DNA of 64,000 nucleotides from Fimicolochytrium jonesii (Eukaryota): NCBI RefSeq assembly GCF_025526975.1, contig NW_026515690.1, positions 310,001 to 374,000 of the forward strand, read 5' to 3'. Shown piece by piece: positions 12,757 to 23,748 of this stretch (position 1 is its first letter; each line of letters starts with the position of its first letter). The notes under the pieces were generated by a model. It saw only the letters and a program-made list of their open reading frames with translations, ran no database searches and was not told where the DNA came from. The position numbers and the translations under genes were made by a program.

Positions 12757-15700
12757 ATGACAGCCCCCAACGGCCGGAAAGACTCATGCGGTCCCGCAAA
12801 ACTATCCCACGTCCTAGATAGCCTCGCGGGCCACTCAGCAATGGGCGAACTCGTCCGGCGGAAGGATTGGGGTGCGACTGCGTTGGGGCCCATAGGTACA
12901 ATAATCAATCGCTTTCACTGCAAAGTGTATACTCGACTCATCGTTTTATGATTATTGATTATCTGATTTTGATGGTAGAACAATGGCCACAGTCGCTACT
13001 CACGGCAGTCAGTTTCATGCTGAATTCCAGTTTTCCGTTTGTGCTGTTTTGGGGGGATAGTCATTCTATACTTTATAATGATAGGTATGGGATCTGTTGT
13101 CTATCGTCAAGAAAAAGAGTTTCTGCAAACAGACCGCTCATTCTACCACCCTCCTTCAATCAACAACAGATACATTCCAATATTCGGCGGGAAGCATCCA
13201 ACACACCTAGGAAGACCCGGCTGCGAGCCCTGGGCCGAAATCTGGGACGTCATCAAACCCATGCTCGACTCAGCCCGCGAGGGCGTCGCCACATGGTCCG
13301 AGGACCAGTTCCTCGAAGTCAACCGGCACGGCTACCTTGAAGAATGCTACTTCACCTTCTCCTACTCCCCCATACGCGTCGAAGACGGGTCCGTCGGTGG
13401 TATCATGACGCCCGTGACAGAGACGACACAGCGCGTGCTGGGCGAGCGGAGACTGAGATTGCTCAGGGAACTGTCGGCGCAGACAGGAGATGTGCAGTCG
13501 GAGGCCGAAGCGTGCGATATCTCCGCAAAGATGTTCACGGAGCATTGTACGGATGTGACGTTTGCGCTTATCTATATGGTGGATGCGACGGGGAAACGGT
13601 TGGAGTTGAAGGGGAAGGCGAATGTGGAGGATGAACATCCGGCGGCGGTTGCGATGGTGTCGTTGGAGGGGGATGAAAACCTTGGGTGGCCGGTTGCGGA
13701 GGTGATGAAACAGCGGGCGGCTTTTGAGGTGAATGGGCTTGGGGAAAAGTTTGGTCGTTTACATGGTATGGCAATCAGAGTTCTGGGAGCGTCCATTTGA
13801 ACCGTGGGGATTGTTCTGATCATTCGCTAATTAAACCATCGTGCGAAACAGGCGGCACATGCGAACATATGCCAACTCAAAATGCAATCTGCATGCCTCT
13901 TGAAGGGTCATCCTCACAAGAACCGATCGGGGTCGTCATATTTGGGCTGAACCCGCGTCGGAGACTCGATGCCGAATACAAGTTCGTAGAGCTCACGCTA
14001 TCTTGTCATTTGAGCAGATCTGGTTATTGACGCGCGCGATACGTTTTATCGCTTTCACAGAGGCTTTCTGGAACTGACGACGACACAGCTGACGTCTGCC
14101 ATATTGCGTGGGAAGGGAGTCATGGAGGAACGGAAGCGCCTGGAAGCGTTGGCCGCTATGGATCGGGCGAAATCCGTGTTCTTCAGGTATCATCTCAAAG
14201 GCTTTGAGTCGGTCCCAGAGGCGCTCGAACTCACAGTCTTTCTCTGCAGCAACATCTCCCACGAATACCGCACACCTCTAACCCTCATCCTCGGCCCCGT
14301 CACCGAACTCCTCAACGACAGCTCGCTAACCCAATCCCAGCTCGACAAAGTCCGCCTAATCGAACGCAACGGACAACGGCTCCACAAACTCGTCAACGCC
14401 GTACTCGATTTCTCCAAACTCGAGGCGGGCCGCATGGACGCTACCTACCGCCCCACGGATATCAGCCAGGTCACAGCGAATGTTGCGTCCATGTTCCGTA
14501 GTGCGATGGAGAAGGGCGGGCTGACGTACACGGTTGACGCACCGGCGCTGGGCGAGATGGTGTACATTGATGTGGACATGTGGGAGAAGGTGCTGTTCAA
14601 CCTCCTGAGCAATGCGTTCAAATTCTCGACGAAGGGAGGCGTCAGTATACGGTTGTACAAGAACAAGACCTCGGTGGTGCTGCAGGTCTCGGACACGGGG
14701 TGTGGCGTTCCGCCAGAGGAGGTGCCGCGGTTGTTTGAGCGCTTTCATCGGTGCGATACGTCCCACGGGCGGTCAATGGAAGGCACGGGTATCGGACTCT
14801 CGTTGGTCAACGAGCTCGTGAAACTGCACGGGGGGACCATCTCCGCCGAAAGCGAGTTGAATGTGGGTACTACGTTTACAGTAACCATCCCTCTCGGCAA
14901 AGCCCACCTCTCCTCCAAAAACGTCGTCCATGAGCATTTCCCGAGCCAAGACGACCCCTTGAAACCAGGCGGGCCAGGATCCGCCGTGAAAGGCGAGTCC
15001 TCCATCGGCCGCGCCTTCGTGCAGGAAAGTCTCCGCTGGACCAACGCGGACAGCAGCAACAAAACCCCCTCGCTCCCACGCGCCAGCGGGGCGGCCGCCT
15101 CCGTAAGCAACAGCGACCTCGCCGCCGACGAGCGAAGCGTCTACTCCGACGAGATGACCAACGACAAATCCGGGTCGTCGGAAAACCTCAAGGGCCCCGC
15201 GCAGAACGGCAAGTTGGCCCGGATCGTCCTTGCCGACGACAATGCGGACATGCGCGAATACGTCAGCAGCCTCCTCGCCAAGTTCGCCATCGTCCACGTC
15301 ATGCACGACGGCCTCCAAGCCTACCGCAGCATCATGGATAACCCACCGGACCTGATCCTCTCCGACGTGATGATGCCCAAAATGGGCGGCTTCGAACTGC
15401 TCAAAAAAGTCAAATCCCACCCCCGCACAAAACATATCCCTTTCGTCCTCCTCTCGGCCCGCGCGGGCGAGGAGGCGCAGGTCGAGGGCCTCCAGGCCGG
15501 CGCGGACGATTACCTCGTTAAACCGTTCTCGGCGAAAGAGCTCCGGGCGAGGGTGAAGACGCAGTTGGCGATGGGATCGATGCGCGGGGAGCTGGAGCGG
15601 ATGGTGCAGGTGCGCACGAGGGATTTGAGCGAGTTGACACGGCAGTATGAGTTGTTGGCTACGACGACGCCGGTGGGGATCTGTCGGTCGGATATTAATG

Positions 15701-18635
15701 GGGATATTGTGTATGTGAATAAGATGTGGTGGAAGATGTTGAGGAGGTATAGCGATCTTGCTGCTGTCTTTTGGGGGTGGGGTGGTTGATCCGCTGGGGT
15801 GCTTACAAGCTTCTTTTCGATTTGCGTACCACAACAGAGACCCTGAAATTGACAGCACCACCGAATGGAACACCTGGCTTGCCGAGCACAACCGAGAGGT
15901 GACATTAGAACGTCTCGGTCAAACAATCGTCGACCGCCAACCCCTGCGAATCGACGTCGACTTCAAAACCCGCGACGGCGAGGTCTTCACCCTCCTCCTC
16001 ACCAGCGTCTTCGACCCCGGCAACGAACAATCCGAAGTCGGCGAGATCAAGAACCCCGGCGGCTTCTACAGCGCGCTAGTAGACGTCTCCGAAGAACGGC
16101 GCCTGGAAAAGGAACGCCACATAACCCTCCAATCTCTCGCGGAAGAACAACGGCGGCGGGCCGAAGAAGCCGACGAAAACCGCCAACAACAAGAGTTGTT
16201 CGTCGACACCATCTGCCACGAGATCCGCAACCCGCTCTCCGGAATCGTCAACAACAACGACCTGCTTAAAATGAACCTCAAGAAACGCTGGTCCGTCCTC
16301 CGCAACGTCGTCTCCGCTGTCACCACCTGGAAAGCCATGTTCGGGCTCCACACCTCCTCCTCCACCACCGCCCCCGGCCTCATGCGCACCCCCAGCAACA
16401 ACCCGCGCGACTTTGATATGGCGGGTTTTATGAAGTACCTGGACGAGCAGGTGATCCCCGCCTCGCGCACGACGTGGCTGGAGGACCAGGAGGCGAGCGA
16501 TGCGATCGCGATGTGTACGAGCCATCAGAGCGTGATTACGGACGATGTGTTGTTGTTGAGTAAGATGAAGCATAATAAGGTGTCGGTGAACCCGATCATC
16601 TGTGCGCCTGAGGTCGTTATTTCGAGGGTTTTGAAGATGTTTAGGTAAAGTGCGATCTGTCTATTAGGCAGTGAGACGTGACGTCCTCCGGTTGTTGTTC
16701 CGCACCGCTGATTTATTTTCTCGGAATCAATCATCTCTTTCTCGGTTTGTAGAACGGAACTACAAAAGAAGAAAATGGAATGGGACCTCCTCCTCAGCGT
16801 CGAAGATCTCGGCGACGTCAGCGCCGTCTCCTGCCCCCCCAAAACAACCGACCCGCGCCAGAAGGTGCTGATACCGTTCCGAGACCGCCGCAGCGCCGAT
16901 TTGCTGATCGCGGACCCGGATAGGATTGCGCAGATTATATTTAATTTGCTTTCGGTAAGGGAACCCCCTCTTTTTTTTTTCTTGCATCCCCGTCATTCTG
17001 TCTTTGGGGGGACGCCCCATTATTCACTGTTGGCGATGCCGGTGTTTCAGAACGCGGTCAAATTCACCGAAAAATCCTCCAAGAAGATGAAAATCACGGT
17101 CTTGCTCGAACTCACCAAGTTTGTGACCGAAGACACCGCCCCGACGACCGATGATGAGGACGCGCCACGGAAGCCGCGGAGACGGAATGTTGCGGATATG
17201 TGTGTTACTGTTCGGGATACTGGGTGAGTTTTGTGTAGCGGGGGGGAAGGGGAGGTTGGAGGTTCTGACTGATGTGTTTTGGATTGGGTGGTAGGATTGG
17301 AATGACGGAGGATGAGCAGCAGAAGTTGTTTCAGGTAAGTCTCGCGAATTCTCGGCATCGTGGCAACGCGCAGCGAAGGGAGTAGTTGACGTCTATTTTT
17401 TTTGTTGGCGCACACAGCGATTCGGCCAAGCCACCGTGAAAACCTACAGCACCTACGGCGGCAGCGGGCTCGGCCTTCATATCAGCCGGCAGCTCGTCGA
17501 CATCATGGGCGGGACGATGGGTCTCCGCAGCCAAAAGGGCGTTGGGACCGAGTTTTTCTTCAAGATCCGATGCGACCTGCCCACCGACGAGCGGGTGCGC
17601 GAGATCCGGCGGATCGTCGCGGGCGAGGAGGCGCGGCGGGGGACGCCGGCGGATACCCACGAGCTGCTCCTGAATTGCAGTTCTAGCGAAGGCAGCGGCG
17701 GCGATAGGCATGATAGTATTGGCAGCATGCCATCGTTTACGGAGACGACGTTGCTGAGACGACTGGGAACTCCGGGATACAACGACTCGTCGTCACCCCT
17801 TCCGCCGGATCCGGATACCCTCGACGACCTGAGCCCGACGAAGGACTTGGCGGACAACGAGCATATCATTTTCAAATCCACGATGGACATCTTCACCACC
17901 CCTGACTCGCAGGCTGCGAGCTCGCAGGAATTGAACAGCCCTGCAGCCTCGCCAACCAGCCACAACCACGTGTCGTCATCATCGCCGACACGCCCGCGAC
18001 CTACCCCTAACGAACACGAACGACAGCTGTACATGGAACGCCGCGACGGCCTGTTACGGCTCGAAGACCTCTCCGTCCTCATCGTCGAAGACAACGTCAT
18101 CAACCAAAAAGTCCTCAAGAAACAACTGGAGAACGCAGCGATCAAAACCGAGCTGGCCAACAACGGCGTCGAAGCCGTGAATCTATTCAAAAAGGGCTCG
18201 TTCCACGTCATCATCATGGACGTCGAGATGCCCCTCATGAACGGCCTCCAAGCCACGCAAGAGATCCGCAGCCTCGAACGCGCGTCCCGATCCACACCCG
18301 CTTCCCCATCCCCATCCCTATCCGACAAATCCACCACCCGCCGCGGATCACTCCCGTCAACCATCGCCGAACCCTCCATCACGCCCTCGTCCCACTCCGC
18401 CTCCTCCCTTGTCCCGCCATCACCGTCGCCCTCGTCCCCGCCGTCGCCGCAGCCGCTCACGCCGCAGCGACCGGTCGCGATTCTGGGTCTCTCGGGGAAC
18501 GCAAGAGATGTGTTTCGGGAACGCGCGCTGGCGGCGGGGATGAATAGGTACCTGATCAAACCGTACAGTAAAGGCGACCTGTTGAGGCATATACTGGAGC
18601 TGGCGAATGAGAAAGGGGAAGACGCGGGGGGGTGA
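12757..18635 (+). CDS. Dual hybrid histidine kinase: PAS-like/GAF - HisKA - HATPase - REC - PAS - HisKA - HATPase - REC, multi-exon
   Basis: H-box1 SNISHEYRTPL; N/G boxes NLLSNAFKF, DTGCG, GTGIGL; REC1 LADDN..LILSDVMMPKMGG..KPF; H-box2 TICHEIRNPL; NLLS|NAVKFT, DTG|IGM, GGSGLGL; REC2 IVEDN..IIMDVEMPLMNG..KPY. Introns join in phase. Confidence 0.93.
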
Positions 18636-19852
18636 AGTGATGTGAGGCCGGTGGAGGCCAGTCGGCCATAGCGACCCTTCTTACTTCACCGTTCCGGACG
18701 GGCGTGCCAGGGGGCACATGGGGGTCCGCACTATGCCCCCTTCAGGTGCGGTGGTGAACGCGGAATCGGGATCGAAACGTGCTACGCGGGGCTCAGAGCA
18801 GAAACGGCGTCACACACACCGTCCACACACGCACGCAAAACACACGCCTACATCAGCATCCTTACATACATCCCGAAAACCATCCCATCTCTCCACCGGC
18901 CCCCCCCCCCCCCCCCCCGCCCCCTCTGACCTTCCTCCAAATTGCAAATGGAGACAGAAACCCTCTCGATCTGGCATCCAGGGGGTCATCCATCACATTG
19001 TATCTATCTTACATATCCGCCTTATTCTGCTTAGTGTTTACATGTATGTAGGGAACAGTGTGGTTCTTTTTTTTTTTGGTGGGGGAAGGGTTGGATTGGA
19101 TGGTGGGGGAATCTTTGTGCGTTTGTACATATGTGGATTTCTTTTTCGGATGGGAAGGGGATACATAGATGAAAGGCGACGTTGCGGATGCAGCTTGCCA
19201 TGCGAATGCACCACCTCTAGCTCCCTAGACAGAAGTAAGTGTTCCCGCTCACCGTCCATGTCGAGAATGTGGCCCCTTGCTCTACCTTGATGACAACGGG
19301 AGTTTTTATTGGTGCTCTCAGAGGGATAGTCACGTGCTCGTGCCTTGGTTAAATGCACGCGTTTTTATTGCTCCCGTCAAAACGGATGCCGCCTCTGAGC
19401 TTCCTTCCATCTGCGTTCTCCCACCAGTTCTCGCAAGCACAGCACAGCGGCACTGAGCTGCCTTTCTTCTCGCCAGGACGGCAGAACTCCTTCCTATTCA
19501 GCAGCCAAGGCGGTCGGTCCCAGCTCTGGGATAGAGAGAGCTAGCTACGTTTGTTGACAACCCGCGGGGCAGTTCGTTCTCATTCCAAAGATATTGACGG
19601 CGTCGTCTACCATTTCCAGTAGGTCCATGCATCTGCTCCAATCTGCCATCTACGCGATCGTCCAGGCATAGCCAGCCGCTCGGAAGCATTTAAAAAGCAT
19701 CTCGTCTCTGGTGTCATCCGTCAAGCAGCAGTAAGTTTGGTGGCCGTGCCCCGCATTCTTATCCTCACATGTGCTGACGGCTCAGTCGTGCCATCCGCGC
19801 ATTCAAATTCCCACAACTCCGCTCGCAGTCGCAGTCACTACGTACAGCCAAG

Positions 19853-21061
19853 ATGCCATCTTCCAAGCCGGGAAAAGCTACCAAGGTAGCGGGAGCAAGG
19901 GCAAACAAGGTCGTCGAGGCGAAACTGAGAGCAAAGGTCAAGACCAAGGCCCTCCACAAGGCTCAGCCCAAGCTAACCCTTCCGCTCGAGCTGATTCCAA
20001 ATGTATTCCGCTTTGCTTGGCCCTCCGTCCGCTACAAGATGATTTTAGTCTCTCGCCCCTGGCATGATATGCTCATCAAGCTCTTTTACTCCGAGATTTT
20101 CGTTGTGTTCGAGAGCGACTTCCACTTGCTTTTCAGGACGCTCAACGACAATCTCGAGCGCTTTCGCTGGATCACAAGCTTTGAAGTGTATGCGCATAGC
20201 GATTCAGAAGAGGACTACACTGCGCCCTGGAGCCCAGACAGCTTCGTCAAGCTCAGCACTCTACTCACGATCTCGCACCCCGATCGAGTCTCCTTCACGT
20301 TCTCCAGCTTGGAACCTGAATGTCCTTGCTTGTATACGCTTGGATGGAGCAAGGGCGAGTTGACTTTCGATACGGGCGCCGAAGTCGAAGAAATCGAAGA
20401 TGAGGTCCATCATCTGGCACAGACTCTCTGCTGGATCTATGCGGACGAAGCCAAGAGTCTCAAGAGCTTCGGCGGCTATACCCCCAACGTGCCTACATTC
20501 AAGGGTTTGCGAACAATCGCCCTACGCCGTGACCAGATCATTGCCGGCGACCGAACGTGGTACCCGCCCAGAAACCTCGACCAATGGAGGCTGGAAGTAC
20601 TCGACCCCTACGATCGGACGCGCATCGTCAGCCAGATTCCGCGATGGACCCGCTCCTTCGACGTCGACTTTCTCACGCCGCCCATGATGCTCCCTCGCTG
20701 GCCGGCCCCCAAGACTCCCATCCCATCACGCGTACTCAGATATGCTCCGCCACGCAAGCCGTACGCCTTTGACAAATCCGTGAAGAACGATTGGCGCAGC
20801 GAACTCGCCGCTTACAAAGGAGGAGGCGCTTTGGAGATCATGTTCCGCAATGGTGTGTTGTGGAACGCCTATTATGAGACCATCGAGGTGTACATCGAGA
20901 TGGCTGTCGAGAGCAAGAAATTCCCCGATGGAGTCCGACGTGTTCGCATCCCGGACGCCAAGCGCGGCTTGCTCCATGTGGATCCACTCCCGCTGCTCGA
21001 CATCCAGGTTCCGGACGTCGAATATGAGACGGAGGGAGGTTGCAATTGCCCGTATCATTAG
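19853..21061 (+). CDS. Intronless protein with N-terminal F-box-like motif, C-terminus unrecognised (402 aa)
   Basis: Long ATG-initiated ORF with normal amino-acid complexity; LPLELIPNVFRFA..VRYKMILVSRPWHDM..LFYSEI fits the F-box consensus. Confidence 0.65.
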   Translation: MPSSKPGKATKVAGARANKVVEAKLRAKVKTKALHKAQPKLTLPLELIPNVFRFAWPSVRYKMILVSRPWHDMLIKLFYSEIFVVFESDFHLLFRTLNDNLERFRWITSFEVYAHSDSEEDYTAPWSPDSFVKLSTLLTISHPDRVSFTFSSLEPECPCLYTLGWSKGELTFDTGAEVEEIEDEVHHLAQTLCWIYADEAKSLKSFGGYTPNVPTFKGLRTIALRRDQIIAGDRTWYPPRNLDQWRLEVLDPYDRTRIVSQIPRWTRSFDVDFLTPPMMLPRWPAPKTPIPSRVLRYAPPRKPYAFDKSVKNDWRSELAAYKGGGALEIMFRNGVLWNAYYETIEVYIEMAVESKKFPDGVRRVRIPDAKRGLLHVDPLPLLDIQVPDVEYETEGGCNCPYH

Positions 21062-21530
21062 ATGCCCCTATTTCAGTGTCGGAGTAGATATAGGAGAATC
21101 ATGCGCTTCAGAAGCGTCGAGGCTGTAGGCGAGGGTGAGAGTTAGGGAGTTTGGCGACACATCATTGTACATAAGCATTCCTGCCTTCCGCTGTATCATC
21201 GTGTCGTAGAGCAGCATTGTACATTTGTATATAACATTGACAATCACATCCATGTTGCTTCATATCTCTTCTCTCATGAGTAGTATGGGAAAAACACAAC
21301 CATGTATTCATTCCGGGGGGGAAAAGAAATAAAAAAGAGAGACAATTTCTACAAGCTGGCTTGGGGTCTATGTACTGAAGAGTTGGCGAGTCCGATTGTT
21401 CGTTGTGTCGTAGGGAACACCGAGAAGGAGAGGCTCTAGATCTATGTAACGCCTCATCTATGTTCTACTGTACACATACGTCTGTCGGACTATATAATAC
21501 GATGCGTCTGTGCGATGCCAAGTCCCCCTC

Positions 21531-22046
21531 TCAGTGAAGGTTACAGAACCTGGTAGCGCTCGCCGTATCGTACTTCTCGTTGTCGACCAAGTCAAGCAAG
21601 CAAGCCTTGACGGCCTCCGGCGACGGGGCCGGGAAGGCCGCCCCGACCGCCGCCGGGCCCTGGTCTTCCCACGGCAGGTGCTTGCCATGCTTATGTGCGA
21701 GGTCGACCAACTTATCCCATGCCTTCTCGAGGCACGGCAGGCACGAGATGACGGCGCCTTCACCCGCGGCCGCGCAGCCGAGGTAGGCGGCGAAGGCGGC
21801 GCCGGCGGTGGCGAAGGTGCCGAGGGCGACGGTGGCGAAGCAGCCCGCGGTGGCGGCGACCATCACGGCGCAGTGGATGCCTTCCTTGACGCCGCATGTC
21901 GAGTCGCGCGTCGTGAGGTCCCGGCGGGGGAGGGTGAAGTCGAGCCCGTTCCAGGTGACTGTTTCGGGGACGGCGGCGGCGAGCGCGCTGGGGAGGACGA
22001 CCATGGCGGCGACGGCGAGGACCGCGGCGGAGAATGAGAAACGCAT
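21531..22046 (-). CDS. Small secreted cysteine-rich prepropeptide (171 aa), CBP/saposin-like Cys spacing
   Basis: Signal peptide MRFSFSAAVLAVAAMVVLPSALA; pro-region ending PRR/TTR; Ala-rich core with 6 Cys ending C-x2-C plus 2 further Cys; strong C/G-ending codon bias. Confidence 0.8.
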   Translation of the reverse strand: MRFSFSAAVLAVAAMVVLPSALAAAVPETVTWNGLDFTLPRRDLTTRDSTCGVKEGIHCAVMVAATAGCFATVALGTFATAGAAFAAYLGCAAAGEGAVISCLPCLEKAWDKLVDLAHKHGKHLPWEDQGPAAVGAAFPAPSPEAVKACLLDLVDNEKYDTASATRFCNLH

Positions 22047-22159
22047 TTTTGGTGTTTGATTTGGGGTGGGTGGGAGGAGAGCTGGTCGGCTGTTGCTGCT
22101 TTTGCTGCGGGGGTGGTTGGATGGTGAGGAAGGAAGGGGATTCGGGCCGACCCTGCCCC

Positions 22160-22166
22160 TTTTATA
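22160..22166 (-). promoter_or_regulatory. Putative TATA box of the secreted peptide gene
   Basis: TATAAAA followed by GGGG on the minus strand ~115 nt upstream of the ATG at 22046. Confidence 0.55.
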
Positions 22167-23748
22167 CACAACATCCGCTTCCAACCCGCAGGTTCAAACC
22201 CTACAACTGTCTACCCCTCTTCCATGTCCATGTGCCATGTGCGAAGGAAGAGCCCCGACTCCAACTTGAACGGGTGTAGAGAGAGACAGCGGTCGATTGA
22301 CAGGAAACTGACAGCATGATGCCGCGAGCGACAATTTTTAGAGAAACCCGTTTCCGAGTCGGGGCCTTTCATACAAATCACCTTATCAGCCCTGGGGTTG
22401 TTCGTCCTGCTAGTGACATCGGCTTCGAGTCATTCGACACTCGTATATCTCGCTGCACACTTTGCTCACTCGGTCCGTCTCCGCACACTTCGAACGAAAG
22501 TGTCTAGGGCGGGGTCCGGGAATGCTTTAAATGTGGAGGGTGGTATCCAGCTCCTCGTCAGCAACAATGATATCCCGCTTCCGATCCCCTATCGAAAAAA
22601 AAATGGACCGCTGAATGCATGAGCCGGCTCGGTCAATTACCCCACTGCCAGATCGTAACCCCACACTTCTCTCGCTCGGGGGCCGCCTCCCTATCGATGA
22701 GAGAAGAAAAAAAACCGCCTTAGATCGGGGATTGTTCCATACCAAGACGCACTATTTGTTGAGGTTTTCGAACAGGCGCCGGCCGCATCCTCGACCGCGA
22801 ACGGGTCGTTTTGCGTTGGCTCCCCGGGAGATGGAGTCCGTGTCACGTATCATCCATCCCACAGGCCGCTTTGCCTACCCCACACCGCACGATTCGACAA
22901 AGAAGAAAGGGGTCCCGGACATCTGCAGCTACAACCGCCTTGGCCGTGTCATTTGCGATGACTCGCAGAGAGATGAGCAAGCTTCTACCCAGGTTGGAAA
23001 GCGGATGCGGTGACACATCCCCCGACAACGGCCGGCCCTTACTTCGTTTGAATGCCGGCCTGAAATGACAGATCTCCCGAGCCACGCAGCGGGGCCCAAC
23101 GAGCCAAATTTCTTGAGTTGTGCGGCCGGCATTGCTTGCATATAGGCCTTCATTGAACGTCACCGCAACGACGTCCCGAAATCGGACAATGACCCCTCCA
23201 CCCGGGCTCGGTGTACTCTGTGCACCATTGATACGGAGATATCACATCTGGCCCAGAAATCGCTTGATGGCTCGTCTCCCACATCCGCTTGATATCATGC
23301 CCGTTGTCAGTCTGAGGACACATGGTGCAGCCATCAAACCAGTTTCCGTGAATTGAATAACCGGACTGACACGCACTTTAAGCGGGCATGATACCCCGGT
23401 ATGTTCGTTTTTAGTTTCAGCGAGGGATAGAATGATCATTGATGATAGACGTCGATGGACATGGGCATGGGATGGTGAACACATATGCATCTCAGATGTA
23501 ACATCTCGAAGCAATAGCACGGGGCCAAACTGGAGTCTGAGACAACAACGAAAGGGCCAGAGTATGGAGCGATGACTCGACTACTCGAATAGTATTTGCA
23601 TGAATGTAGTATGAGTTGATGATAGATGTTGGGGGTACACTTCCTTCGTGATCCGTGCTTTTGATCATCCGAGAGAAGGATGGTTTGGTATCATAGATAC
23701 AGACTTCCATCGAAACCCCCCCCCCCCCTCCCCCTCCCCCCCCCCTCC

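Noticed and set aside
14773..18559. Long antisense ORFs over the histidine kinase (also 16-675, 31556-32842 and similar)
   Set aside because: Shadow frames expected from GC-rich codon bias of the real gene on the opposite strand.
22200..23700. Short ORFs between the secreted peptide gene and MPE1
   Set aside because: No motifs or coding bias; treated as promoter and 3' flank.
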